DNA from: Octopus sinensis
Lineage: Eukaryota
Assembly (NCBI RefSeq): GCF_006345805.1
Contig: NC_043023.1
Location: 248,001 to 312,000, forward strand
Reading direction: 5' to 3'
DNA length: 64,000 nucleotides
The notes under the pieces were generated by a model. That model saw only the letters and a program-made list of their open reading frames with translations, did no database searches and was not told the DNA's origin. The position numbers were made by a program, and so were the translations under genes. Below, in pieces: positions 53,330 to 64,000 of the stretch. The first letter of the stretch is position 1, and each line of letters opens with the position of its first letter.

Positions 53330-53543
53330 GTGCAGTACTGTACTCTATTTTTTTCTATTTTCTTAATTGAAAATATTTTTCCCCCAAAAATAATTAAAAT
53401 CTAGGAAAATATAAATACCTATCGGCCGTAGAAACCCGCGAATACTGAGTAGTCCGCGTTATAAATTTACATATATCAGCGAGAAAAATCTGCGATGTAC
53501 CGAGGGCGCGATAGGTGAACCGCGATATGGTGAGTGATTACTG
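53330..53543. mobile_element. pogo/Tigger-like MITE end
   Basis: Repeated ccgcga motifs ending gaaccgcgatatggtgagtgattactg, resembling a Tigger-type TIR. Confidence 0.5.
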
Positions 53544-53830
53544 CATGCATACACACACAGATCTCTGGTTGCCTGTAGCTAATTTAATGTTTAGATATGC
53601 CAGTGACCCCACCCCCCACACTCTCTGATGATGGAAGAGGCAGCGAACGCGCTTTTTTCTGATTGGCAGAAAATTCTGAAAATGATCAAACTTTAAACGC
53701 CTGTAACATTTTACGCAAAAAATTTTCTGGAATAAATGAATGACAAATTCGGATTTAGCGTCAAAATTTACATCTATGTAATATATACATACATGCATGC
53801 ATACATACATACATACATACATATACACAC

Positions 53831-54223
53831 ACATATGATCGAGAAGCGAGAAAAACTTTAGTTCAATAAAAGAACTATACGCAATAATAATAATGATTAT
53901 TATGAAGTCAGATCAAATACTACTACTTTGGGTGGATTTTATACGCACGTTTCAGCTTATCCCTTCATCTCTTATACAATATCTTCCTCAGTAGAGACAT
54001 TTCAAACTGTAAATATTACGGAAAAATTTACCATTTATATTTGGTCTGGGGCAGTGAAAATCGCCCAATAGACGAGGAGAGGAGCCCGTAGCTAGAAGGG
54101 GTGGGATATTTATTGCGATGGAAAGGAAGAAGCGAAAGTGGGGTGGGGAGATGAAGAGCAGAGTGACGTCATCCTTGCACTACTATTCTCATTTCTTGTA
54201 CATCTCTTGTTTTCTATCCAATT
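53831..54223 (-). repeat. ~390-bp direct repeat, copy 1, containing an HHR-like motif at 53938-53995 (minus)
   Basis: Highly similar to 57181-57573; minus strand tcTA-CTGAGGA-AG...CT-GAAAC-GTGC-GTA-TAaa. Confidence 0.85.
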
Positions 54224-54274
54224 GAGAATATTTTTTAGATTTCGACAAGCAGTGACGAAAACCACAAGGATCCC

Positions 54275-54307
<33 letters not shown>

Positions 54308-54838
54308 ATATACTCTTTGGTGCTTCCTACGATCTTGAGTCCCACTTCTCTCTCTGACAGTTCTTTCTGCCACCTGGCGGCCATCACCGCTACAATTCTT
54401 ATCCCCACCACCACCACCACCCGTACACCCTCTCCTTCCATCTTCATTACAGCGCCTTCCCACCCTCTCACCTCAACATCCTCGCCAATCCCATAGTGAC
54501 CTACACCCGCCCATCCCAGGAAACAAATCTATTTAACATAATTCAAACGTCACACCATCAGTCACGCTTGGCCGAAGACGGCGTTGAAGAGTAGTTTGGC
54601 TGGAGAAGACATCATATCAGTCCTGCAGCCGTCGCCGTCTCCGCCAGGTCTTTGGTTACTCCCATATCCACCGATATCACCAACAGCAACACTACACACA
54701 CACACGGAAACAAACTGGTACACACACACACACACACACATACACGCGTGCGCGTGCGTATAAGCACACACATTGTGTATATATATGTGTTTATATTAGT
54801 GTTTATGCACGTGTTTTTCTACATATTTTCTGGCGTTG

Positions 54839-54888
<50 letters not shown>

Positions 54889-55754
54889 GGGAGGGAGAGA
54901 GAGGGAGGGAGGGAGTGGGAGAGAGAGAGAGAGAAATACATACAAAAATTCATGCATTCATATATATATATATACATATACATACATATATATACATATA
55001 CATACATATACATACATATATATATCAATTACATACATACTATCATATACATACATATAAATACATATATATATAATACATACATATACATACATATAAT
55101 CATATATATACATACATTATATATACATATACATACATATACATACATATATATACATATATACATACATACATATATATACATATACATACATATACAT
55201 ATATATACATACACATATATATATATACACATACATATATATACATATACATGATATATATACATATACATATATATATATATTATATGTATACATACAT
55301 ACGCGTTCACGCATCTCGACATAAATATATCATCATAAAAGTCACACACACGCACACACAACCGCCACCACCACCTCTCCCCGACTCCTACACCCGCCAA
55401 TGCCAATATTTTCGTTCCATGTTCGCCCCCAGGTCACAGACGAGTGACTGTCTCACACACATGACACAGGCCAAACAAAAGATCCAGGCTCAAGAATTAC
55501 GAAGTACACCAGTGTGCGGCCATGCGAAGCAACGATGACGTCACAAATGAAATCTTGACCTCGATCCACCCCACATTGAACCCTTCATTATCATACAGCT
55601 GTCCACCCGGCGTCCCTTTTTTTAGGTTTCTGTTTTTTTTTTTTTTCTTATTCCGTTTCATCAGAGACAAATCCTTAACACACACCCCCTTGCTACCCGA
55701 TACCCGCTCACATTCTTTTTCTCTCATTTACTAGATCGTCTTGTTTCATAGTAG

Positions 55755-56060
55755 TAGTAGTTTAGCCCCGGGTCAGTCTTGATCCAGACAGACCTATGAT
55801 CAAAGATGTTCCAGTTGTGACTGCCTCATCTTTAATTCAGACACAGTGTATCTAGGAATCTATTATCAAATGTATCTAGTACAGTAATTAGTATTAGTGG
55901 CTATAGTCGTTATTGTTTAGCTCCAGGTCAGACCAATGATTAAAGCTATTCCAGCTGTGACCATCCCATCTTATATTCAGACATAGTGTATCGAGGACTA
56001 CATACAGTAGTTAGTATTAGTGGCTATGGTTGGTAGGTCTATAGACCATCCCAGATCCGG
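55755..56060 (+). repeat. Family D, about 2.5 units
   Basis: tttagccccgggtcagtcttgatccagacagacctatgatcaaagatgttccag..., repeated. Confidence 0.8.
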
Positions 56061-57136
56061 CGAACTTACGATGAAGAACGTCAGAAGAGAACCCTGGTCG
56101 GTAGGGTAAGGAACTTGAGAAGAATTGGCTGCTGTTTCTTGAAGGTTGAAAGACTAACTAGGGGTATCTTCGTTCTCCTTGGAAAGCTAGAAATAGCACC
56201 ACATCACACTCCATACTATGTACAAGATATAGTTCTATAACGAAAAGGAGGGGAAGAAGGGAAAAGATCACGTTGGAGAAGGAGGAAAGATAAAGAATAT
56301 AATAGAAGAAAAAAGAAGGGAAATGGGGGTCAAAGAAGAAGGGAAAAAATGAGGATGAGAGAAGTAGAAGGAAGAAATGGAAGAATGAAGCAGAAAAGAA
56401 GAGGGGAAGAAGGGCGATCTTGTTGAAGAAAGAATTGGAGGGAAGAAGTAGAAGAAAGAAAAAGAAGTGAGAGAAAGAACAGAAAAGTGTAATCCAAAGC
56501 AGAAATCTTGCGTGGGTCGTAGATGCAGACGACGCGAGACGACATAAGAGAATTATTATAAATGGAACGACGTTAAGAATTGTATGGTAGCGGTAAGAGG
56601 AGAGAGTGAACAGAGGAAGAGGGAAAGGGAAGCGGGAAGGAATTCGCATCAGCAGCATTGGTAACAATAGGAGTAGCGGTAAGAGGAATGAGGAGGGTGA
56701 AAGTAGTATCAGATCTGGGTGAGGTGGAGTGAAGCCAGGACACAGGTGAGACGGCAGCCATGTCTTCAATTCATCCTATTAATTCATCAACAGCGAAACT
56801 ATGGCGGATTTTATTGTTAATGTTTGAACCATTTATGAAGATAAACAGACGAAACGGTTGAACGTCCCCAATACGTAACCACACACACATTTAACCGGCA
56901 CTCTGTCGGTTATGACGACGAGTGTTGTTTCAGTTGGTATGATCAACAGAACAGCCAAATATCGAACCCACGACCTTACGATCTTTAGGCGAGTATCTCC
57001 TAGCCAGTTAGCTACGGGCATTCACTACATACACATTTAGAGACACAAAGGCAATTTTTATATAATGACATTACATACATACATTAAAACACCCACATAT
57101 ATACGTAAAAGCATACGTATACATACATACATACAT

Positions 57137-57180
<44 letters not shown>

Positions 57181-57186
<6 letters not shown>

Positions 57187-57573
57187 GATCGAGAAGCGAG
57201 AAAAACTTTAGTTCAATAAAAGAACTATACGCAATAATAATAATGATTATTATGAAGTCAGATCAAATAATACTACTTTGGGTAGATTTTATACGCACGT
57301 TTCAGCTTATCCTTTCATCTCTTATACAATATCTTCCTCAGTAGAGACATTTCAAACTGTAAATATTACGGAAAAATTTACCATTTATATTTGGTCTGGG
57401 GCAGTGAAAATTGCCTAATAGACGAGGAGAGGAGCCCGTAGCTAGAAGGGCTGGAATGTCTATTGCGATGGAAAGGAAGAAGCGAAAGTGGGTTGTGGGG
57501 AGATGAAGAGCAGAGTGAGGTCATCTTTGCACTACTATTCTCATTTCTTCTACCTCTCTTGTTTTCTATCCAA
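57181..57573 (-). repeat. ~390-bp direct repeat, copy 2, containing an HHR-like motif at 57288-57345 (minus)
   Basis: Offset 3350 bp from copy 1, with few substitutions. Confidence 0.85.
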
Positions 57574-57861
57574 TTCTCTCTCTCACTCCGCCACCTCCCT
57601 CTGCTTCTGTTGATTTTCTACATATATTCTACTCCTTGCTACGTCCAAATAATACCTAGTGAGTGAATTTGGTCGACGGAAAGTGTGCACAGGGCCGTCG
57701 AGTGGGCGCGAACGTATGTGCTTGTATTCTTACTCGCTTCACAACGGACGTTGGTTTGTTTACGTAAACAAATCGACAGTGTACCCGTGTGTGTGTGTGT
57801 GTGTGTAAAAAAAAAAACCAACGCATATATGCACGATGGGCTGCCACACTTTCATTCTACA

Positions 57862-58220
57862 CCTTTACTTGTTTCAGTCATTTGACTGCGGCCATGCTGG
57901 AGCACCACCTTTAGTCGAGCAAATCGACCATAGGACATATTCTTTGTAAGCCTAGTACTTATTCTATCGGTGAACTGCTAAGTTACGGGGACATAAACAC
58001 ACCAGCATCGGTTGTTGGGTGGCAAACACAAACACACACACACGACGAGCTTATTTCAGTTTACGTCTACCAAATCCACTCACAAGGCTTTGGACGGCCC
58101 GAGGCTATAGTAGAAGACACTTGCCTAAGGTGTCACGCAGTGGGACTGAACCCGAAACCATGTGGTTGGCAAGCAAGCTACTTATTTCTTTATTGCCCAC
58201 CTACTAACCACACAGCCACT
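57862..58220 (-). mobile_element. SINE family A
   Basis: Family A blocks on the minus strand. Confidence 0.85.
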
Positions 58221-58937
58221 CCAACGCCTAAATTCTACTAAATTTACACAGAAAGCTTTGGTCGTCGCCGGCAATTGGAGAATACACTCGCGCACATGCC
58301 CAAGGTGGCGCGCATTTGGATTGAACACGAAACCACTTGTTAACAAAAGCATGATCTTAACTGCATCGGCAGAGGAGAATCGAGCGGAAGGTGTGTGGAG
58401 AGAGCTCTGACGAGATTTCATTGAGACTATAACGAGATGTTATTGAGATATAAATATGTAAGGAAATCACTTAATTGCAATAAATAAACTGATTAGAAAA
58501 TATCGATTGGAAATGTTTGAATAAGAGGGGGGAGAACAATGGGGGGGGGGGCAATGAAGAGGAAAACAAAAAAGAAAAAAATAAAGAAGAAAGAAAACAA
58601 GCTGACTGCTGTTATTGGTGAAGAGATTAACTTTCAACTAAAATAGTAAAGTATTTGAGGAACTGATATAAGAGTGTATATAGATTAAGGAGGTGTGTAT
58701 ATATATATATGGAATATGAAGGAGCCATAGGGATTAATTTAAATCTATAATAGAGTAACATCATGTATATAAATGTGAATGTGTGCGTATGTGTCTATAT
58801 TAGTGCGTATACACAAAGACACATATATATAAACACACGCACAAGTATATATATTATATATATATATACATATATACATATTCATATACATATACATATT
58901 TATACATATATATATATATATAATACATATATATATA

Positions 58938-58977
<40 letters not shown>

Positions 58978-59514
58978 CAGATATATACATATTTGTGTGT
59001 CGTATATTACATATATCTTTGTGTGTGTGTACATCCTCACACAAATATGGATGTAAATACACATATATATATATTCATTCATATGCATATACTCATATTT
59101 ACACACACACACACATGTACACACACACACACACACATTATATGGATACATATACATAAATGTGTATTTATACATATATACGTACATATGTCTATATATG
59201 CGCAGGTATATGTGCGTGTACATCACATACATATACATCACATACATATACAGACACACATCAATGCATACCTATAAGCATACATATGTATATGCGTATA
59301 TATAAATACATACGTACACATACTTGTGTTTGAATGTGCTTATGTATTGTAATCCGGAAGATAGAGGAGAGAGTAAAAATAATCGATTTTAGCGAAATAG
59401 ATTGGATTTAAAAGTCAAACAAATAACAAACACAAAAGACGAGATTGTGTAATTAAAAGGTAGGAAGGGTCATCAGTGTGTAAATATTGATTTACATAAT
59501 AACAATGATAATAA

Positions 59515-59546
<32 letters not shown>

Positions 59547-59599
59547 ATGATGATGATAATAATAATAATTTATTCTGTTATTAGCCACAAGTGCTCGCA

Positions 59600-60537
59600 T
59601 TCAATAACATTAAAGGACATGCAAACAACATAACAGACAAAAACAGGAAGATACAATCTGCTGACCTTTCAACAAACTTGCTACAAGGCAACACTTCCCT
59701 CTCCACTCTGATCTTCCTTTTTTCAAGGGAAACCTGAAAAAGTTTATGAGGGCTTGGCCAAAGAGGAAAGTGTCTGTCTTTAGCTCTTGCAAACGGGTCC
59801 ACCATACAATCACTTTCGCTACAGCCACTAGACAAATAAAAATTGCCTGCGCCTCCCGGCCAAAAGAGGGTGGCGGGGCAATTTTCACAATGGATTCAGT
59901 TGATAACCGGATCCATCCTACACGCTCAGCCGCTGGTGACAGCAGATGGAGCGTTTGACCAGTGGAATGCGCCCCTTCAGAGACAGCTTTCTCTCGGCCC
60001 ATTTTCTGAGTAAAGGATTCTTCATGCTACTTACTACACACACACACACACACACATATATATATGAGTGGCAGTGTGGTAAGTAGCTTGCTTACGAACC
60101 ACATGATTCCGGGTTCAGTCCCACTGCGTGGCACCTTGGGCAGGTGTCTTCTACTGCTCGTCACTTCGTCCCAGTTTTTCTACTGCTCGTCACTTCGTCC
60201 CAGTTTTTCTCCACCTGGAGGTACGGACCAAACCAGACTCCGAGCAGCTTAACAGGACCGTCTGTCCAGCGCCCCACGACGCTGTTGGACGACATGGACT
60301 TGCCTCTGCAGGTGCCGAGTTGCAAGACCATTGACTTTTCCGCGTTAATTTTTGCTCCTGTCACCGCTTCATATTCTTGTAGTGTGTCGCCAATCAGGTC
60401 TATATGCGTATGGTTCGACACTATGACGGTAACATCAGCATAAGTAGACACACTTCTCCCTCATCCAATTTCCGCAGTAATGGCTCAAGAGTGAGTACAT
60501 ACAGAAGGGAGGAGAGAGGGCACCCTTGACGGACCGA
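59600..60537 (-). mobile_element. Tx1/L1-clade LINE ORF2 remnants (RT part and C-terminal part) joined across a deletion filled by a templated insert
   Basis: SVRQGCPLSSLLYVLTLEPLLRKL, YADVTVIV..YEAVTGAKINAEKS..VKLLGVWFG..NWDEV; C-terminal piece FICLVAVAKVIVWWTR. Confidence 0.8.
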
Positions 60538-60554
60538 TAATAATAATGATGATG

Positions 60555-61112
60555 ATTTCAAATGTTTGCCACAAGGGTAGCTTGAGTGAGGTGGGTGAAA
60601 GTTGATTACATCGCCCCCCCCCCAGTGTTCAGCTAGTACTTATTTTATCGACCGCGATAATCCTTTCTACTATGGGCACAAGACTTGAAATTTGGTGGGA
60701 GGGAACGAGTCGATTACATCGACTCCAATACACAACTGGTACTTATTTTATCGACCCCGAAAGGATGAAAGGTAAAGTCGACTTCGGCGGAATTTGAACT
60801 CAGAACGTGAGGAAATACGAAATACTGCTAAGCATTTTGCCCGGCGAGCTAACGCTTCTGCCAGCTCACTGCCTTAAATAATGATAATAATAATAATAAT
60901 TTCAAATTTTGCCACAAGGGCAGCAATTTTGGGGGAGGGGATGAGTCGATTACATCGACCCCAGTGTTCAACTGGTACTCGATTTATCGACCTCGAAAGA
61001 AAGAAAAGCAAAGTCAACCTCAATGGAATTTGAACTCAGAATGTAGCGACAGACGAAATACCGCTGAGCATTTCATCCGGCGCGCAAACAATTCTACTAG
61101 CTTTCCGCCTTA
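60555..61112 (-). mobile_element. Cluster of three MetaSINE-like family C copies separated by (AAT)n
   Basis: gattacatcg recurs at about 60604, 60712 and 60948. Confidence 0.82.
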
Positions 61113-61340
61113 AATAATAACAATATAGCTATGAGTCATGTGCTGAAAGATTTCGCTTAAGAACCCTCTCTCGTGGTTTTGGTTTCGTCCACCCAGTAGG
61201 GAGTGCTGTGCGGTGTATTTCACAGTTACGGGCTGAACGAAATCCTCGTGAAGAAATTGGTTGACGGAAACTCTACGAGGAATGTCGCTTCTGTGTGTGT
61301 GTGTGTGTGTGTGTGCGTGTGTCTATCTATGCATCCATCC

Positions 61341-61397
<57 letters not shown>

Positions 61398-61774
61398 AAC
61401 ACAGATGGGTTGAGGTTGACTACAGCTGTTTCAAACATGTGAGCTTTATTGAGGAACAAAAGAGTTACATTATGCAAAATACCGTTTACATCAGGTGAAT
61501 AAAGAGAAGGTTTAATACTTGAAATTGTGGCTGTGTGCATAACAAATCCGTACGTACTTTAGTAAGTATGTATATGTCAGTACACATTGTTGGTACACTG
61601 GTGCGCTATACCCGACTCCACCTTGATCATTTGACTATTTGAATACCTGATTCTATCGACCCTGAAATTTTTATTATCACAGCTCGTCAGCTGAAACTAG
61701 ATGAAAAGAAAAATTAAATATATATATTATATATATATATATACGCGAGAAAGAAGCAACAAGAATGGATAGGT

Positions 61775-61865
61775 TTTTAGTACGATCGTTTCATACAAGG
61801 ACAGGTTTTATTAAAAGTTGCAAAGATTACAGCATATAAACGAGTCCCGTACTCATCAGCTAAAA
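61775..61865 (-). ncRNA. Type-I hammerhead ribozyme, fully canonical, in a (TA)n-flanked element (~61745-62370)
   Basis: Minus strand: TTTTAG-CTGATGA-GTACGGGAC..GTCCTTGTAT-GAAAC-GATC-GTA-CTAAAA; 6-bp stem I, ~9-bp stem II, palindromic ACGATCGT stem III, GUA cleavage triplet. Confidence 0.8.
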
Positions 61866-62666
61866 TACATGTAAGTTCTCTAGACATCCTAGTGTTTGAG
61901 GCTATACTCATGAAGTAATGTAGATAATTAAACAGATTTCTAAAGTTCATTAAAGTTCTTTAAAGATGATGCATAGTCTTATCACAGAATTTTAAAAAAG
62001 TTTTGGTAGCATCACAGAGAAGGTGACCTAATCCATATGAATTTCCATAGATATGATGAGGGATTATATACTCACAGAAGACAAATTTATCCATTGTTAT
62101 TAGCATTACAGAGAGGGTGAATTAATCCTTTGTATATATGCACAGATTCCAATGGTGTAGATGTAAATTTCCAGAGAAATGGAGATGAATTTCATATTCA
62201 CAGGCGATAAATTTCACAATGGTTGAACACAATGAGGTAGGTACCAATCCTTGTTATATGATTAGGTGTTTGCCATATTAATCACATTACTGCTATTCAC
62301 AAGAGGCTGCAGCTATTTAACTCTTAAAGGTTGAGGGCTTACTAGATCGGCCAAGAATAGAGAAGGGAATATATATATATATATATATATATATAGTGTG
62401 TGTGTGTGTGAGGGGGGGGGAGAGACCGCTTCTCGGATTACACTTGTGGAAAGACACGGAATGAAAGTGCAGAGTAGTAGATTGCAGGTTGCATAATCAA
62501 CTGCACATACTCTATACAACAGAAACGCGTGTCGGTCATTTTAACTAATTCATAATTCAGAGAAGCAAACTCGGATTAACCCATTAAAAGAATTACAGTG
62601 CGATTGCTCACCCTAAAGGATTCTTCATGCTACTTACTACACACACACACACACACACATATATAT

Positions 62667-62831
62667 ATGAGTGGCAGTGTGGTAAGTAGCTTGCTTACGA
62701 ACCACATGATTCCGGGTTCAGTCCCACTGCGTGGCACCTTGGGCAGGTGTCTTCTACTATAGCTTCGGGCCGACCAAAGCCTGGTGAGTGGATTTGGTAG
62801 ACGGAAACTGAAAGAAGCCCGTCGTATATAT

Positions 62832-62902
<71 letters not shown>

Positions 62903-63120
62903 TGTGTGTGTTTGTGTGTCTGTGTTTGTCCCCCTAGCATTGCTTGACAACCGATGCTGGTGTGATTATGTCCCCGTTACTTAGCGGTTCGGCAAAAGAG
63001 ACCGATAGAATAAGTACTGGGCTTACAAAAAGAATAAGTCCGGGGTCGATTTGCTCGATTAAAGGCGGTGCTTCAGCATGGCCGCAGTCAAATGACTGAA
63101 ACAAGTAAAAGAGTAAAAGA
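62667..63120 (+). mobile_element. SINE family A, full-length
   Basis: Complete family A sequence; its 5' part plus upstream flank is copied at 60011-60155. Confidence 0.92.
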
Positions 63121-63126
63121 TTATAT

Positions 63127-63160
<34 letters not shown>

Positions 63161-64000
63161 AAGAGAGAGACAGAGAGTGGGGAGCGGGTAAGCAAACGAA
63201 AGTGACATTCAACACATTTGCTCGAGTTAACATTTCCTACGTCCAAGAAACTGAGTCAAACTGCTACACACACACACACACACACACACACGTATATATG
63301 TATGTTTTGTACGTGCGTGCACGCACGCTTGAGCAAGTTCTACCTTAGTTTGTGCAGTTTTCGCATTTTGTTGTTTCCATTCCATTTCATGTCGGAGCTT
63401 TATTTTCTTTTCATTTCCCATTCATTTTATTTCTTCCATAGCGGTACTCTAAACGGTACTCTAAACAAAAGCTAGAGTTAGAAGTAATTTCTATATTTTC
63501 TTAAACATTTTCGAGACTGAACGTTAAGTCTTTAAATGTCAAAACAATTAAACTCTCTGGAAATGAAAATTAATATTTTAAATCAACTTCAAAGTAGAAA
63601 ACGTTGGAGCAGAGAATCTGTGAAACGGTTTTAATATAAACAAAACGATTGTTAAAACAATATAAAGAAATGAAGAGAAACCAAGCATCTTAAACCACCC
63701 ATCACACGTTATGCATGCCATATATGTATGCACGCAATATGTCTATACACACAAATATGCATACATGCACACATGCGCACAGCAATTGTATTTATTTCTA
63801 TTCCAACAAAAAAAATTAAATTGTTCTTTATTTTTTCTTTTATTCGTTTCAGTCATAAGACTACAGCCATGCTGGGGCTACCGTCTTGAAGAATATTTAG
63901 CTGAATGAAGCGACCCCAGCAATTTTTGTAAAGCCTAGTACTTACTGGTACTTTTCTATCGGCCTCTTTGTCGAACTGCCAAGTTACGGGGACGTAAACA

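Noticed and set aside
54562-54771. GC-richer minus-strand ORF ending ...[13 protein letters not shown]
   Set aside because: Starts in a (TG)n tract, no homology recognised, no supporting neighbouring exons.

Overview
AT-rich, extremely microsatellite-dense animal DNA. The SINE families and the (TA)n/(GATA)n/(CA)n load suggest a coleoid cephalopod, probably Octopus (inference). I recognise no host protein-coding exon: nearly all long ORFs in the track are translated microsatellites or SINEs, so the window is probably intronic or intergenic. It contains about 25 copies of one tRNA-derived SINE, a MetaSINE-like family and a CORE-like SINE family. Decayed autonomous elements include a Penelope-like RT plus GIY-YIG element, three Tc1/mariner fragments, and CR1-like, Tx1-like, Jockey/CR1-like and R4/Dong LINE pieces. 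There are also non-autonomous Helitrons, a Merlin-like MITE and foldbacks. The main hidden signal is about 11 type-I hammerhead-ribozyme (HHR) motifs from several unrelated short non-coding elements, many embedded in (TA)n tracts. Three keep an intact catalytic core, one family carries a non-canonical core, and one pair lies in ~390-bp direct repeats. A second theme is local tandem amplification of 80-170-bp sub-segments of TEs into diverged minisatellites. There is also a templated-insertion repair scar. All calls are by eye and element boundaries are approximate.
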